This document shows, one piece after another, positions 1-9,296 of a DNA stretch of 64,000 bases. The stretch is from an uncultured Acidobacteriota bacterium (lineage in GTDB: Bacteria; Acidobacteriota; UBA6911): positions 64,001 to 128,000 of the forward strand of contig CAWHCF010000044.1 in the NCBI GenBank assembly GCA_963827655.1, written 5' to 3'. The notes below the pieces were generated by a model. That model worked only from the letters and a program-made list of their open reading frames with translations, made no database searches and was not told the DNA's origin. A program made the translations under genes and the position numbers. The stretch's first letter is position 1. Every line of letters begins with the position of its first letter.

Positions 1-1
1 A

Positions 2-172
2 AGCTCCGGTGACCAGCACAATCTCACTGTGCAAAACCTTCCAATACTGGTAGATAAGGAACGCCCCTCCCACTACGTAAAGGAGGGAGGGAACCTGCTG
101 CAACCAAATCAACCAAACTCTGGCGGGCTTGCCTCTTTCAGAAGAATCCTTTTCTCGAAGGCGAAGCGCCAT
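2..172 (-). CDS. Partial hypothetical membrane protein (runs off the left edge)
   Basis: Manual translation from ATG at 172: MALRLREKDSSERGKPARVWLIWLQQVPSLLYVVGGAFLIYQYWKVLHSEIVLVTGA, open to the edge with a hydrophobic segment; same strand as spmAB. Confidence 0.4.
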   Translation of the reverse strand, partial: MALRLREKDSSERGKPARVWLIWLQQVPSLLYVVGGAFLIYQYWKVLHSEIVLVTGA

Positions 173-347
173 ACGCTTGCTCGAAGGCCCGCAATTCTCG
201 ACAGCTTTCTACAGCGCCAGCAGATCCAGGCTTTTTTGTTGACGAACGCCGACTGACTGCTCCTAACGGCAAGCTTTGAGTCGGAGATTATACTCTCTGG
301 ATTTCGCGAAATGAATACCAAAACCAGGGTGTTTTATCCCGGGTGTT

Positions 348-422
348 TTCGCGTCACTCGTCGGCGCTTCCTCGCTTTTTTAGCACTCTTCTAAGTCCTT
401 CTTCATTAGTGTCTTTGTGGTT
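348..422 (-). repeat. Partial copy of the dispersed AACCAC(A/G)AAGAAC-type repeat family (starts AACCACAAAGACAC)
   Basis: Reverse complement starts AACCACAAAGACACTAA and ends AAGCGCC...ACGCGAA, matching both ends of the copies at 3798 and 20319 with a different interior. Confidence 0.55.
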
Positions 423-436
423 AGCGCAAATCACGT

Positions 437-979
437 CTAGGGTGCGAAAACCAGGCGGCAGACGACGACCGCAGCAATGAAACTCACGAGATCAGCAAAC
501 AGGCCCGCAAGAACCGCGTGTCGTGGCCTCTTGATCCCAACGGCCCCGAAGTAGACCGCCAGAACATAGAAGGTGGTTTCGGTACTGCCGTAGATGGAAG
601 CCGCGAGGCGAGCGATGAAGGAATCAGGACCGTGCGTCTTCACCAGTTCGGTCACAATCCCAAGCGAACCGCTCCCTGAAAGTGCCCGCATGATGCCCAG
701 CGGAAGGATTTCCGCAGGTATCCCAACGCGCGCCAGCATCGGGTCAAGCCAGTTCGCCAGCAGATCGATACCTCCCGCTCCACGAAGCATCCCCACGGCA
801 ACGAGGATTGCCACCAGGTACGGAATGATTCGCACTCCGACTTGAAAGCCTTCCTTTGCCCCCTCGACGAAACTTTCGTAAACCTTCACGCCGCGGGCAG
901 CGCCGTAGAGAGGAATCCCGATCAGGAACACGGGTATCGCCCATATTGAAATCAGGTTAATGACGCTCTGGACCATCAA
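437..979 (-). CDS. spmB: SpmB family membrane protein (nucleoside recognition Gate domain)
   Basis: Motifs VYESFVEGAKEGF, IIPYLVAILVAVGMLR, GSTETTFYVLAVYFGAVGIK. Confidence 0.9.
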   Translation of the reverse strand: MMVQSVINLISIWAIPVFLIGIPLYGAARGVKVYESFVEGAKEGFQVGVRIIPYLVAILVAVGMLRGAGGIDLLANWLDPMLARVGIPAEILPLGIMRALSGSGSLGIVTELVKTHGPDSFIARLAASIYGSTETTFYVLAVYFGAVGIKRPRHAVLAGLFADLVSFIAAVVVCRLVFAP

Positions 980-1110
980 TCAACCCCTCCGCCCAAGTCC
1001 AGCCGGAAAGTCCCCGCGAGATTGATTCCTCTCGGCGAGATCGCCGGCCGGATAGCAGGAACAAGCAGACAAGAACAAGAGGATCGAGGCTCCCTCCTGC
1101 TCCACGCTCC

Positions 1111-1725
1111 TCATCTGTCATGGGTCCGTTGCGCTTCCTCGACGGAAAAGATCGGGAGCTTCTCGAGCATCTTTGCCGCCGACAGACCGAAAACCAGCGA
1201 AATCGCGGTCGCGGCAAATGTGGTGCCGATGATGGCGGTCGGGTCCGTCGAGCCTGCCGACGCCATCAAGCTAACCATCGACGCGGGAATCAGTTGCACG
1301 CCGGCCGTGTTGACCGTGAGAAACATGCACATGGCGTTGGTGGCGACCCCCGGTTTCGGGTTGAGCGATTCCAGGTCTTCCATGGCCTTAAGCCCGAGAG
1401 GGGTAGCCGCATTGTTCAATCCCAGCATGTTCGCGGAGATATTCATCAGCATGCTTCCCATCGCGGGGTGATCACGGGGCACATCGGGGAAGAGCCAGCG
1501 CATAACCGGAGCAATAAGCTTCGCCAGGAGCTTGATCAAGCCGGCATCTTCGGCAATCTTCATGATTCCCAGCCAAAGCGCCATGACTCCAATCAGACCG
1601 ATGGCAATGGTGACCGAATTTCCCGCCGAATCGATGGCCCCCTTGGTCACGGCTTCTATTTTCCCGTTGATTCCCCCCAGTATGACTGCAAGAATAACCA
1701 GGCCAAGCCAGATGTAGTTGAGCAC
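1111..1725 (-). CDS. spmA: SpmA family membrane protein
   Basis: Motifs MLNYIW, LWLGIMKIAE, NISANMLGLNNAATPLGLKAM, VQLIP; directly upstream of spmB. Confidence 0.9.
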   Translation of the reverse strand: MLNYIWLGLVILAVILGGINGKIEAVTKGAIDSAGNSVTIAIGLIGVMALWLGIMKIAEDAGLIKLLAKLIAPVMRWLFPDVPRDHPAMGSMLMNISANMLGLNNAATPLGLKAMEDLESLNPKPGVATNAMCMFLTVNTAGVQLIPASMVSLMASAGSTDPTAIIGTTFAATAISLVFGLSAAKMLEKLPIFSVEEAQRTHDR

Positions 1726-1853
1726 GATTCAGCCTCTGGAAGCAGCGCTTCCGCAAAACCCTTGAGATCCTGAGGGCGTATTGGGCCGCCGGAACGAATG
1801 TGTGCCACTATAAAAGCGCCCCCTTCTCCGCGTCAACGAATTAACTGATTTCT

Positions 1854-2788
1854 ATGGACATCCCACGGGTCCATCCGGGGGCCTTACACCCGGGAGATGC
1901 CATCGGAATCGTAGCACCCGCCGGACCGATAACATCTCGAGACGCGCTCGACCAGAGGTATTGCTACGCTCGAGCGCCTTGGATTCCGCACCCGATTTGA
2001 CGAAAGAATCTTTGACTCGTGGAGGTATCTGGCCGGCGATGACGCATCACGCGCCGGGGAGATCATGAGGTATTTCGACGATCCCGAAATCCGAGCGATC
2101 ATTTCGCTTCGCGGAGGATTTGGCTGTTCAAGGTTGATTCCCTTATTGGATGAGGGGCGGCTGCGCTCTCGGTGCAAGATCTTTATGGGGTTCAGTGATC
2201 TGACCACTCTGCATCTTTACTTTCGGCGGCGATTTGGATGGGTCACGATTCACGGACCGATGGCTACTTCGGCAGTATTGGGTGACCTTGAGGGGACCCA
2301 GGAAGACCACATTATTCGACTCTGGACTGATTCGACTTATCGTCCGGTGTTCTCCTTCCCCCAGCTCGAGACCTGGCACTCCGGAGTAGGCGAAGGAGAA
2401 CTCATTGGTGGCTGCCTCTCCCTGGTAGTAGCGAGTCTAGGGACGCCTTACGAGATACAAGACTGAGGGAAAAATCCTCTTTCTGGAGGATCTGGGCGAG
2501 CCACCCTACCGGATCGACCGCATGCTGACACAGCTCCGGCTGGCGGGAAAGTTTACCAAGCTCCAGGGAATCATTCTCGGGACCTTCAGCGAATGTGAAC
2601 CATTGACGGAGGGCTACACACTCGAGGAGACCCTGAGGGAAGGGCTCGCAGAGCTGGAACTCCCGATTTTAGGCAAGTTTCCCGCCGGACATGGCCGCGA
2701 AAACTGGGCAATTCCATTAGGGGTCACGGTCCGGCTCGACGCCGGAAAGCGAAGGATCGAATTCCTGGAATCCGCCGTCGAGACGTAA
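1854..2788 (+). CDS. ldcA: S66 family LD-carboxypeptidase, split by two frameshifts (~1953, ~2460)
   Basis: Pieces join as MDIPRVHPGALHPGDAIGIVAPAG / YLAGDDASRA..RGGFG..GFSDLT..HGPM..GGCL / EGKILFLEDLGEPPYRIDRMLTQL..PAGHG; catalytic Ser/Glu/His motifs all present. Confidence 0.85.
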
Positions 2789-2985
2789 AGGGCATTCATC
2801 AGAGACGGCTCAACAACAGGAAGAAAACTCCAGGCCGTTCAATCGCACGTGCCGTAAGAATGAACTTTACACCGTCCAAAAGAGTTGCTAGACTACGCCT
2901 TCAGCCTCCTCCGAATTGTGGACACGGTGATTGCAGTCTGCAACGTCTAATTAACCAGTTTGAAACCATTTACGGCGATTGCCCC

Positions 2986-3717
2986 ATGAACCTGCGAGCT
3001 TCATTGGCGAGAGTGCAAAATCTTGGCGGTCGTTTCTACCTCCAGCTTGCAAAGCACTTCGATCAGAATACTCTCATTCGAGACACCTGGGTCGAGATGG
3101 CCGATGATTTCCAGAACCAGGTTTCCAGCCTCAAGGAATTGCGGCCGCTGTTCTGGAGGCAACTACAAACAGAGGAAAAGACGCTCCTTACGGTAACCAA
3201 GGCAACCTCTGATCTGCTGCGGACCGAAATAGCAACTCCACCGTCGGAGTGGTCGCTTCAGGCCTGCTTCGCACGCACCCTGGGGTTTGAGGAGCCGATT
3301 ATCATCAAGCTTTATGCCCCATTGCTGTACCGGCTTCGGAGAGCAGGGACCGATCATGCCCTGGACTTCTACATCATGGTCAACGCGCACGTTACGCGAC
3401 TCACACGGCTGATCCAGCTTTTCTCCGGTGATCCGGCCCTGATTGAACGCTGCTCAGCCTTGTTTCACGGTTTCGAGCGGGCAGCCCAGGGGCCTCCGCC
3501 CGAGCCTGTCATAGCCAGGAAGAAAACCCGACTGAAAAAGGCGGCCGCTCGGCGCCATCGCCTCTCTCCCGTGAAGAGAGCGCCGAAGAGGCTTCTCAGG
3601 ACGCACAAGACAGTCAAGCCAAGACGTCCGCTGGCGAAGCGATCCAAAGTTGTCGCCAAACGATCCAAACCTCTGGTTAAAAACCTGAACCTCCGCCGAC
3701 GGCGGGTGCGCCGCTGA
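2986..3717 (+). CDS. Hypothetical protein: helical, possibly ferritin/rubrerythrin-like N-domain plus very Lys/Arg-rich C-terminal tail
   Basis: ORF 2860-3717 with likely ATG at 2986; tail ARKKTRLKKAAARRHR...NLRRRRVRR. Confidence 0.65.
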   Translation: MNLRASLARVQNLGGRFYLQLAKHFDQNTLIRDTWVEMADDFQNQVSSLKELRPLFWRQLQTEEKTLLTVTKATSDLLRTEIATPPSEWSLQACFARTLGFEEPIIIKLYAPLLYRLRRAGTDHALDFYIMVNAHVTRLTRLIQLFSGDPALIERCSALFHGFERAAQGPPPEPVIARKKTRLKKAAARRHRLSPVKRAPKRLLRTHKTVKPRRPLAKRSKVVAKRSKPLVKNLNLRRRRVRR

Positions 3718-3797
3718 TAGCCTAGAACCCTTCTTATCGACAAAATTCTTAGTGTTTCTTCGCGTCCTCGCGTCTTAGGGGCATTTGTTTCCCATCC

Positions 3798-3914
3798 AAC
3801 CACGAAGACACGAAGACGCTAAGGTTCGTTCGGGGACTTCGCCCCGAACGAAAGGCCCCTTGTGAACGACAACATGTTGGTTTGAACGTTCACTAAGCGC
3901 CTAAGAACGCGAAG
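3798..3914 (+). repeat. Dispersed ~120 bp structured repeat, copy 1
   Basis: Near-identical to 20319-20438; perfect 11-bp stem TTCGTTCGGGG/CCCCGAACGAA around loop ACTTCG; a degenerate inverted arm precedes it at ~3748-3780. Confidence 0.85.
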
Positions 3915-4024
3915 AGGCCATCCCTTAACGCGGGTTGATTTTCGGTCTCGCGTTACTCATACTTACCCGACTGTCCCTCACGCAGGGTGGGAGCAGTCAA
4001 TTGATCTTTTTAGGAGGTTTCATC

Positions 4025-5596
4025 TTGCTCAAAGAGCCTACTCCGGGCTGGCCAAATCCGGACGAACTGCGCAGAGACATGGAGGAGTTTTTCAGCAGGA
4101 AGTATGGAGATAAGGTTCGCCTGGGTGTGCTCAGCACCCAGCCAGACCAGGCGCGGACAGCAGACGAAGGTACCGAGCCTGAAGAAGCTCCCCTCGACCT
4201 GCAATTCGAATATCTCCCCCGCGATATCAAGAACTATCTCGACCGGTTCGTCATCCAGCAGGACAACGCCAAGAAAGTCCTCGCAACGGCGATATGTGAT
4301 CACTACAACCACATCAAGCGCTGTTCTGATCGAGGCGAATGCCGGGAAGAATACTCGAAACAGAACATCATCATGCTCGGGCCTACCGGCGTCGGGAAGA
4401 CTTACCTGGTCCGTAAAGTCGCGGATCTGATCGGAGTGCCTTTCGTAAAAGGGGACGCGACCAAGTTTTCCGAGACTGGATACGTCGGCGGGGACGTCGA
4501 AGATCTAGTGCGGGAGCTCGTCCATAAGGCTGACGGGAACATCCGGCTGGCCGAATACGGGATTATCTACCTGGACGAGGTAGACAAGATCGCCGCACCC
4601 TCAAATTTCATGGGACGCGACGTCAGTGGCGGCGGGGTACAGCGCGGTCTCTTGAAGCTAATGGAGGAAACTGAAGTAAGTCTGCGCACTCCGTTCGATC
4701 TGACCTCCCAGCTGCAGGCTGCCATGGAGTTTCAGAGCAAGGGGAAGGTGAGCCGGTCGGTGATCAATACCCGGCACATTCTGTTTATCGTAAGCGGAGC
4801 CTTCACCGGACTCTCCGAAATCGTTCGCAAGCGCATGGGTATGCGCAGCATCGGATTTCGCGCCGGGTGGGCGGCGGCACCCAAGAATGAAGACTATCTT
4901 CCGTTTGCCAAAAGCTCGGATTTTATTGACTTCGGCTTTGAGTCGGAATTCGTCGGCCGCTTGCCGGTGGTTGTCAGCTGCGCTGAACTGGAGATCGAGG
5001 ACCTGTTCCAGATTCTGAAGCATTCGGAGGGGTCGATCATGCGTCAATATGTCCAGGCTTTCGAGGCGTACGGGATCGAACTTAGCCTCTCCGACGAAGG
5101 CTTGCACCGCCTTGCCGAGAAGGCTTACCTCGAGCGCACCGGGGCTCGGGGACTCGTGGGCGTCTGCGAACGGACGTTCCGCGAGTTCAAATACCGGCTG
5201 CCGCATTCAGGAGTGCGAAAAATTGCGCTTACGGCGGACATGGTCGACTCGCCCAGTCAGGTTCTGGAAAGGCTCGTGGCGGAATCCAGGACGGACCAGC
5301 GGGCGAATCTGGTTCAGGCGGCGCAGGAAATCATGGCCCACTGGTCAAAGCGCTTCAGCATTGAAATAGAACTCTCGCCCGAAGCGGCCGAGTTGCTTGC
5401 GGAGAAGGCGCTCGACAGCGACCGGAAGCTCGAAGATGTGTTCGCCGAGACTTTCAAGAATTATGAGCACGGTCTGAAGCTCATCCGCAAGACTCGCGAA
5501 ATGCACCGCTTCGACATCACTCCCGATGTGATTCGTGATCCGGATGGCACTCTCGACCGCTGGATTCGGGCCTACTACATCAATTCGCCCAGCTAA
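4025..5596 (+). CDS. ClpX-like AAA+ ATPase lacking the N-terminal C4 zinc domain, with a C-terminal extension
   Basis: AGGAGG RBS before TTG 4025; GPTGVGKT, DATKFSETGYVG, YLDEVDKI, RDVSGGGVQRGLLK, SIGF loop, EFVGRLPV, TGARGL. Confidence 0.85.
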   Translation: MLKEPTPGWPNPDELRRDMEEFFSRKYGDKVRLGVLSTQPDQARTADEGTEPEEAPLDLQFEYLPRDIKNYLDRFVIQQDNAKKVLATAICDHYNHIKRCSDRGECREEYSKQNIIMLGPTGVGKTYLVRKVADLIGVPFVKGDATKFSETGYVGGDVEDLVRELVHKADGNIRLAEYGIIYLDEVDKIAAPSNFMGRDVSGGGVQRGLLKLMEETEVSLRTPFDLTSQLQAAMEFQSKGKVSRSVINTRHILFIVSGAFTGLSEIVRKRMGMRSIGFRAGWAAAPKNEDYLPFAKSSDFIDFGFESEFVGRLPVVVSCAELEIEDLFQILKHSEGSIMRQYVQAFEAYGIELSLSDEGLHRLAEKAYLERTGARGLVGVCERTFREFKYRLPHSGVRKIALTADMVDSPSQVLERLVAESRTDQRANLVQAAQEIMAHWSKRFSIEIELSPEAAELLAEKALDSDRKLEDVFAETFKNYEHGLKLIRKTREMHRFDITPDVIRDPDGTLDRWIRAYYINSPS

Positions 5597-5670
5597 GTAC
5601 CTGCTGTTTGCAATTACGGTGGCGTATTTTGGCAGTTGAGGCTTTAAAAGAAGAGCCGACAGAGACTAGG

Positions 5671-5754
5671 CCCGGCCGAAAGGCCGGGATTAGATGTGCA
5701 TTCAGAAGAGCGCCGAAGGCGCGACACAGCCGTAGTACCGGACCTTCGGACCTC
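5671..5754. repeat. REP-like hairpin cluster between convergent genes
   Basis: CCCGGCC-GAAA-GGCCGGG (5671-5688), then the imperfect inverted pair GAGCGCCGAAGGCGCGACAC / GTACCGGACCTTCGGACCTC. Confidence 0.55.
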
Positions 5755-5820
5755 GTGTCAGGGGCGTCTTGAAAACCCCGCCCCCATCGCTTCGCCTGCC
5801 TACTTTCCCCTCAGCACTTT

Positions 5821-6837
5821 TTACTTTTCACTCTCCAGGTACAGCCGACCCTGGTACGTCTCGCGCGCGGCAAGTGTTCTCTCGATGTCGTACTGGATCT
5901 CGGCTTTAGTCTTGCCCCAGTGCGGGGCTAGGAGTTGATCTTCCGGCGCCAACCCGAAGAGCCGCTCGAGGCGCATGGCGGGATTTAACGCCTCGAGGAA
6001 CTCTACCACGAGATCCAGATACTCACGATAGCCCAGCACCGGAAACGGTTGGCTTTGGTATTCCCTCCCCAAGGCTGTGTGCCTGACGATGTGCAAGTGA
6101 TGCAGCTTCAAGAAATCGATGCCCAAGGCGGAAATAACCGGCGCCATAGCCAGAATCTCCTCCCGGCGCTCCCAGGGAAACCCGAGAATGAGGTGGGTAC
6201 AAAGATAGATTCCCCGATTGCGGGTTCGAGTGACCGCATCGAGCCAGCACCTGTAGTCGTGCCCCCGATTGATCCGAGCGAGCGTTCGATCGTAAATCGA
6301 TTCCAGACCGTATTCGAGAGTTACGAAGTATCTCCTCGAGAGCTCTTCAAACCAAGCCAGTTTCGCGTCATCGACACAGTCGGGACGGGTCCCGACGGAC
6401 AGACCGACGACTTCCGGATGATCAAGCGCCGACTCGTACATCGGCACGAGCCGTTCGAGCGGAGCGTAGGTATTTGTAAAGGGCTGAAAGTAAACAATAA
6501 ACTTCCGGGCGCGGTATCGGCGCCGCAAGTAGTCGATTCCATTCTCCACCTGCTCCCGGATAGGCTTCAATCTGTTGACCGCTTCGGGACGAAAGGAGTC
6601 GTTGTTGCAGTAGGTGCAGCCTCCTACGGCCACCGTTCCATCTCTATTGGGACAGGTAAAACCGCCGTCGACGATCACTTTATAAACGCGGCAGCCGAAC
6701 TTCTCTCTCAGGAAGGGGCCGTATGCGTTGTAGCGGGCGCCGCGGGCGAACGGCCCATGGCCGGGGACAATCGCTGGGAGCACCGCCTCGTCAACAATTC
6801 CTGCCATAACTTCAACAGTATAATCGGGTCTTGGCAA
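5821..6837 (-). CDS. TIGR01212 (YhcC/YtqA-like) radical SAM protein
   Basis: GFTCPNRDGT..GGCTYC, YFQPFTNTY, GTRPDC, RINRGH, LKLHHLHIV; alternative start at 6807. Confidence 0.9.
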   Translation of the reverse strand: MPRPDYTVEVMAGIVDEAVLPAIVPGHGPFARGARYNAYGPFLREKFGCRVYKVIVDGGFTCPNRDGTVAVGGCTYCNNDSFRPEAVNRLKPIREQVENGIDYLRRRYRARKFIVYFQPFTNTYAPLERLVPMYESALDHPEVVGLSVGTRPDCVDDAKLAWFEELSRRYFVTLEYGLESIYDRTLARINRGHDYRCWLDAVTRTRNRGIYLCTHLILGFPWERREEILAMAPVISALGIDFLKLHHLHIVRHTALGREYQSQPFPVLGYREYLDLVVEFLEALNPAMRLERLFGLAPEDQLLAPHWGKTKAEIQYDIERTLAARETYQGRLYLESEK

Positions 6838-6908
6838 AGGTTCCTGCTGTTTCTTCGTATCTTCTTGTCCTAGTTACGGGAAACGCCAGAGAAGAGCCGA
6901 GATGATTC

Positions 6909-7958
6909 TCAGCCAGGCACAGGCACTCCCAGCCGGTCGGCCAGCGTCTTGAGCTGTTTCCAGTTCCCGTCGTCGATTGGAATTCCGTTCCTGCTGCGCT
7001 CCGCAAGAGCGCGCCGTTCAGGATCACCCGGCAGCAGTATTTCTTTTACATTTTCGGCGGTCGGGCAGCTGCGAATGTACGAAGCCACTCCCGTGACCTC
7101 GTGCAGAAAGTGTTCTATCCCGCCGAAGTGTGACGGATCCAGCAGAACAAAAACGGCATCATTGCCCAGAGGGGGCTCCGGGTTGGGGCGGGAGCACCAT
7201 CCGCCCGACAGTCCGCCGGCGAGCATGTCGATGACCAGGCCAAGCCCAAAGCCCTTGTACGCTTGATCTCCCCCCATGGGGAGGAGCGAACCCGGAGGAT
7301 CGCCATAGAGCTGATTCGGGTCGATGGTAGGCTTGCCATCCGGGTCGAGCAACCAGCCAGGCGGACAGCTCTTGCCGGCGATGCGATAACCGCGGACTTT
7401 TCCCTCTGCGACGGCGGAGGTGCCAAAATCCAGCACGATAGGCTCGGCCGACGTGGGTACGCCGATGCAAAGCGGATTGGTCCCGAGTACAGGGCGCTTC
7501 CCCCCCGGGGGAGCCACCCGCTGGGCGGCGCCGTGGGTGTTGACCACCGCGATTGTCACCAGACCCGCGGCCGCCCCGATCTCGCCGTACTCTCCCACGC
7601 GGCCAATGTGGCCACTGCGTCTCAGCGTGCCGCAGCCCACACCCGTCTCCTTGGCCTTAGGCACAAGCCGCGTCAGCAACCGCTGTGCCTGAACCTGCCC
7701 GAAGCCCCAGCCTCCGTCGCAAGCCAGTACCGAAGCCGTTTCCCTAAGGACTTCAAGCTCCACTCCCGGATGCATCCGCCCCTCGCGCACGAATTCCACG
7801 TAATAAGGAATTCGCATCACGCCGTGCGAGTCATGACCGCGCAGGTTGGCGCCAATAAGGCTGCGCGCGACAACCGCCGCCTCCGCAGCGGATGCTCCTC
7901 CTGAGATCAGGAGCGCTCCAGCGAATTCTTCGAGCTCCCGAGATCGAATGATAGGCAT
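6909..7958 (-). CDS. Ldh2 family (YbiC-like) malate/L-lactate/hydroxyacid dehydrogenase
   Basis: ANLRGHDSHG, GHIGRVG, GTNPLC, DFGTS, YKGFGL, LPGDPE. Confidence 0.9.
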   Translation of the reverse strand: MPIIRSRELEEFAGALLISGGASAAEAAVVARSLIGANLRGHDSHGVMRIPYYVEFVREGRMHPGVELEVLRETASVLACDGGWGFGQVQAQRLLTRLVPKAKETGVGCGTLRRSGHIGRVGEYGEIGAAAGLVTIAVVNTHGAAQRVAPPGGKRPVLGTNPLCIGVPTSAEPIVLDFGTSAVAEGKVRGYRIAGKSCPPGWLLDPDGKPTIDPNQLYGDPPGSLLPMGGDQAYKGFGLGLVIDMLAGGLSGGWCSRPNPEPPLGNDAVFVLLDPSHFGGIEHFLHEVTGVASYIRSCPTAENVKEILLPGDPERRALAERSRNGIPIDDGNWKQLKTLADRLGVPVPG

Positions 7959-8056
7959 AATGGCTCCACTGTCTACTGCCTACTGGTATTCTAAAGCACC
8001 GGCACCTATAATGAGCCCCGTTTCACCCCTGCGCAGGCCAGCCAACATAGGAGAAA

Positions 8057-9271
8057 ATGATGGAACGACTGTCCGGACTCCTGGGCATTGTGGCAATCCT
8101 GGGGATCGCTTATCTTTTTTCCACCAATCGAAGAGCGATCCGGCCGAAGACTATAGTCTGGGGGCTGAGCCTGCAATTTGTTATTGGGGTTCTGGTGCTG
8201 CGAACCGCTGCAGGACAGAAAACCTTCCACTGGATCGGAGATAAGATTAACCAACTGCTGTCATTTGCCAAGGCCGGATCCTCTCTTGTATTCGGCGAAC
8301 TAGGCACGCCGGGCAACACGGTTGCGATTTTTGCGTTCCAGGTTTTGCCGACGATCATTTTCATCGCGGCTCTCTTTGCCATTCTCTATCACTTTGGCGT
8401 CATGCAGATCGTCGTCCTGGCGTTCGCCAAGGTCATGACGCGTCTGATGGGGGCGAGCGGCGCCGAGTCGCTCAATGTCGCTGCCAGTATCTTCATGGGA
8501 CAGACCGAAGCACCCCTCACGATACGTCCCTTCCTTTCGGCGATGACCCGCTCAGAGCTCATGACCGTCATGACCAGCGGCATGGCCCATATTTCGGGCG
8601 GAATCATGGCCGCTTACATCGCCTTCGGAGTCGAGGCGCGGCATCTCCTGACCGCCGTTATCATGACCGCGCCGGGAACAATCTTGATGGCGAAGATGTT
8701 CGTTCCGGAAACCGAAGAACCCAAGACAGCCGGCGACGTGAGATTAAGAATCGAAAGGACAGATGTCAACGTCATCGATGCGGCTGCCCGCGGGACGGGA
8801 GAGGGGCTGATGCTGGCGTTGAATGTGGGCGCCATGCTGATCGCCTTCCTGGCGCTGATTGCGCTGGTGAACGCACTCCTTGGCGTCATCCCGCTCGGAG
8901 AAGGCCGGAAACTGAGCCTCGAACTGATCTTCGGTTACGCAGCCGCCCCGCTCGCCTGGCTCATGGGCGTCCCCTGGAGAGACTGTTTCCCGGTTGGAAA
9001 TCTGCTCGGAACTCGCCTGGTTCTCAACGAGCTGATCGCGTATTCCCAGCTCGGATCGATGAAGGAGACTCTCGATCCTCGTTCATTTGTGATCGCAACC
9101 TTCGCCCTCTGCGGCTTTGCCAACTTCAGTTCGATCGGGATCCAGCTCGGCGGCATTGGCTCGCTGGCTCCGGACCGGAAGCATGACCTGGCGCGGCTGG
9201 GCTTTCGCGCCGTAGCAGCAGGGACGCTGGCCAATTATTTATCCGCATCCATTGCAGGAATCCTTCTCTGA
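8057..9271 (+). CDS. nupC: CNT family (NupC) nucleoside transporter
   Basis: FAFQVLPTIIF, GAESL..ASIFMGQTEAP, LVLNE, FALCGFANFSSIGIQ. Confidence 0.9.
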   Translation: MMERLSGLLGIVAILGIAYLFSTNRRAIRPKTIVWGLSLQFVIGVLVLRTAAGQKTFHWIGDKINQLLSFAKAGSSLVFGELGTPGNTVAIFAFQVLPTIIFIAALFAILYHFGVMQIVVLAFAKVMTRLMGASGAESLNVAASIFMGQTEAPLTIRPFLSAMTRSELMTVMTSGMAHISGGIMAAYIAFGVEARHLLTAVIMTAPGTILMAKMFVPETEEPKTAGDVRLRIERTDVNVIDAAARGTGEGLMLALNVGAMLIAFLALIALVNALLGVIPLGEGRKLSLELIFGYAAAPLAWLMGVPWRDCFPVGNLLGTRLVLNELIAYSQLGSMKETLDPRSFVIATFALCGFANFSSIGIQLGGIGSLAPDRKHDLARLGFRAVAAGTLANYLSASIAGILL

Positions 9272-9296
9272 TGCTTCTGGCGCCTTGGCGGTGAAG

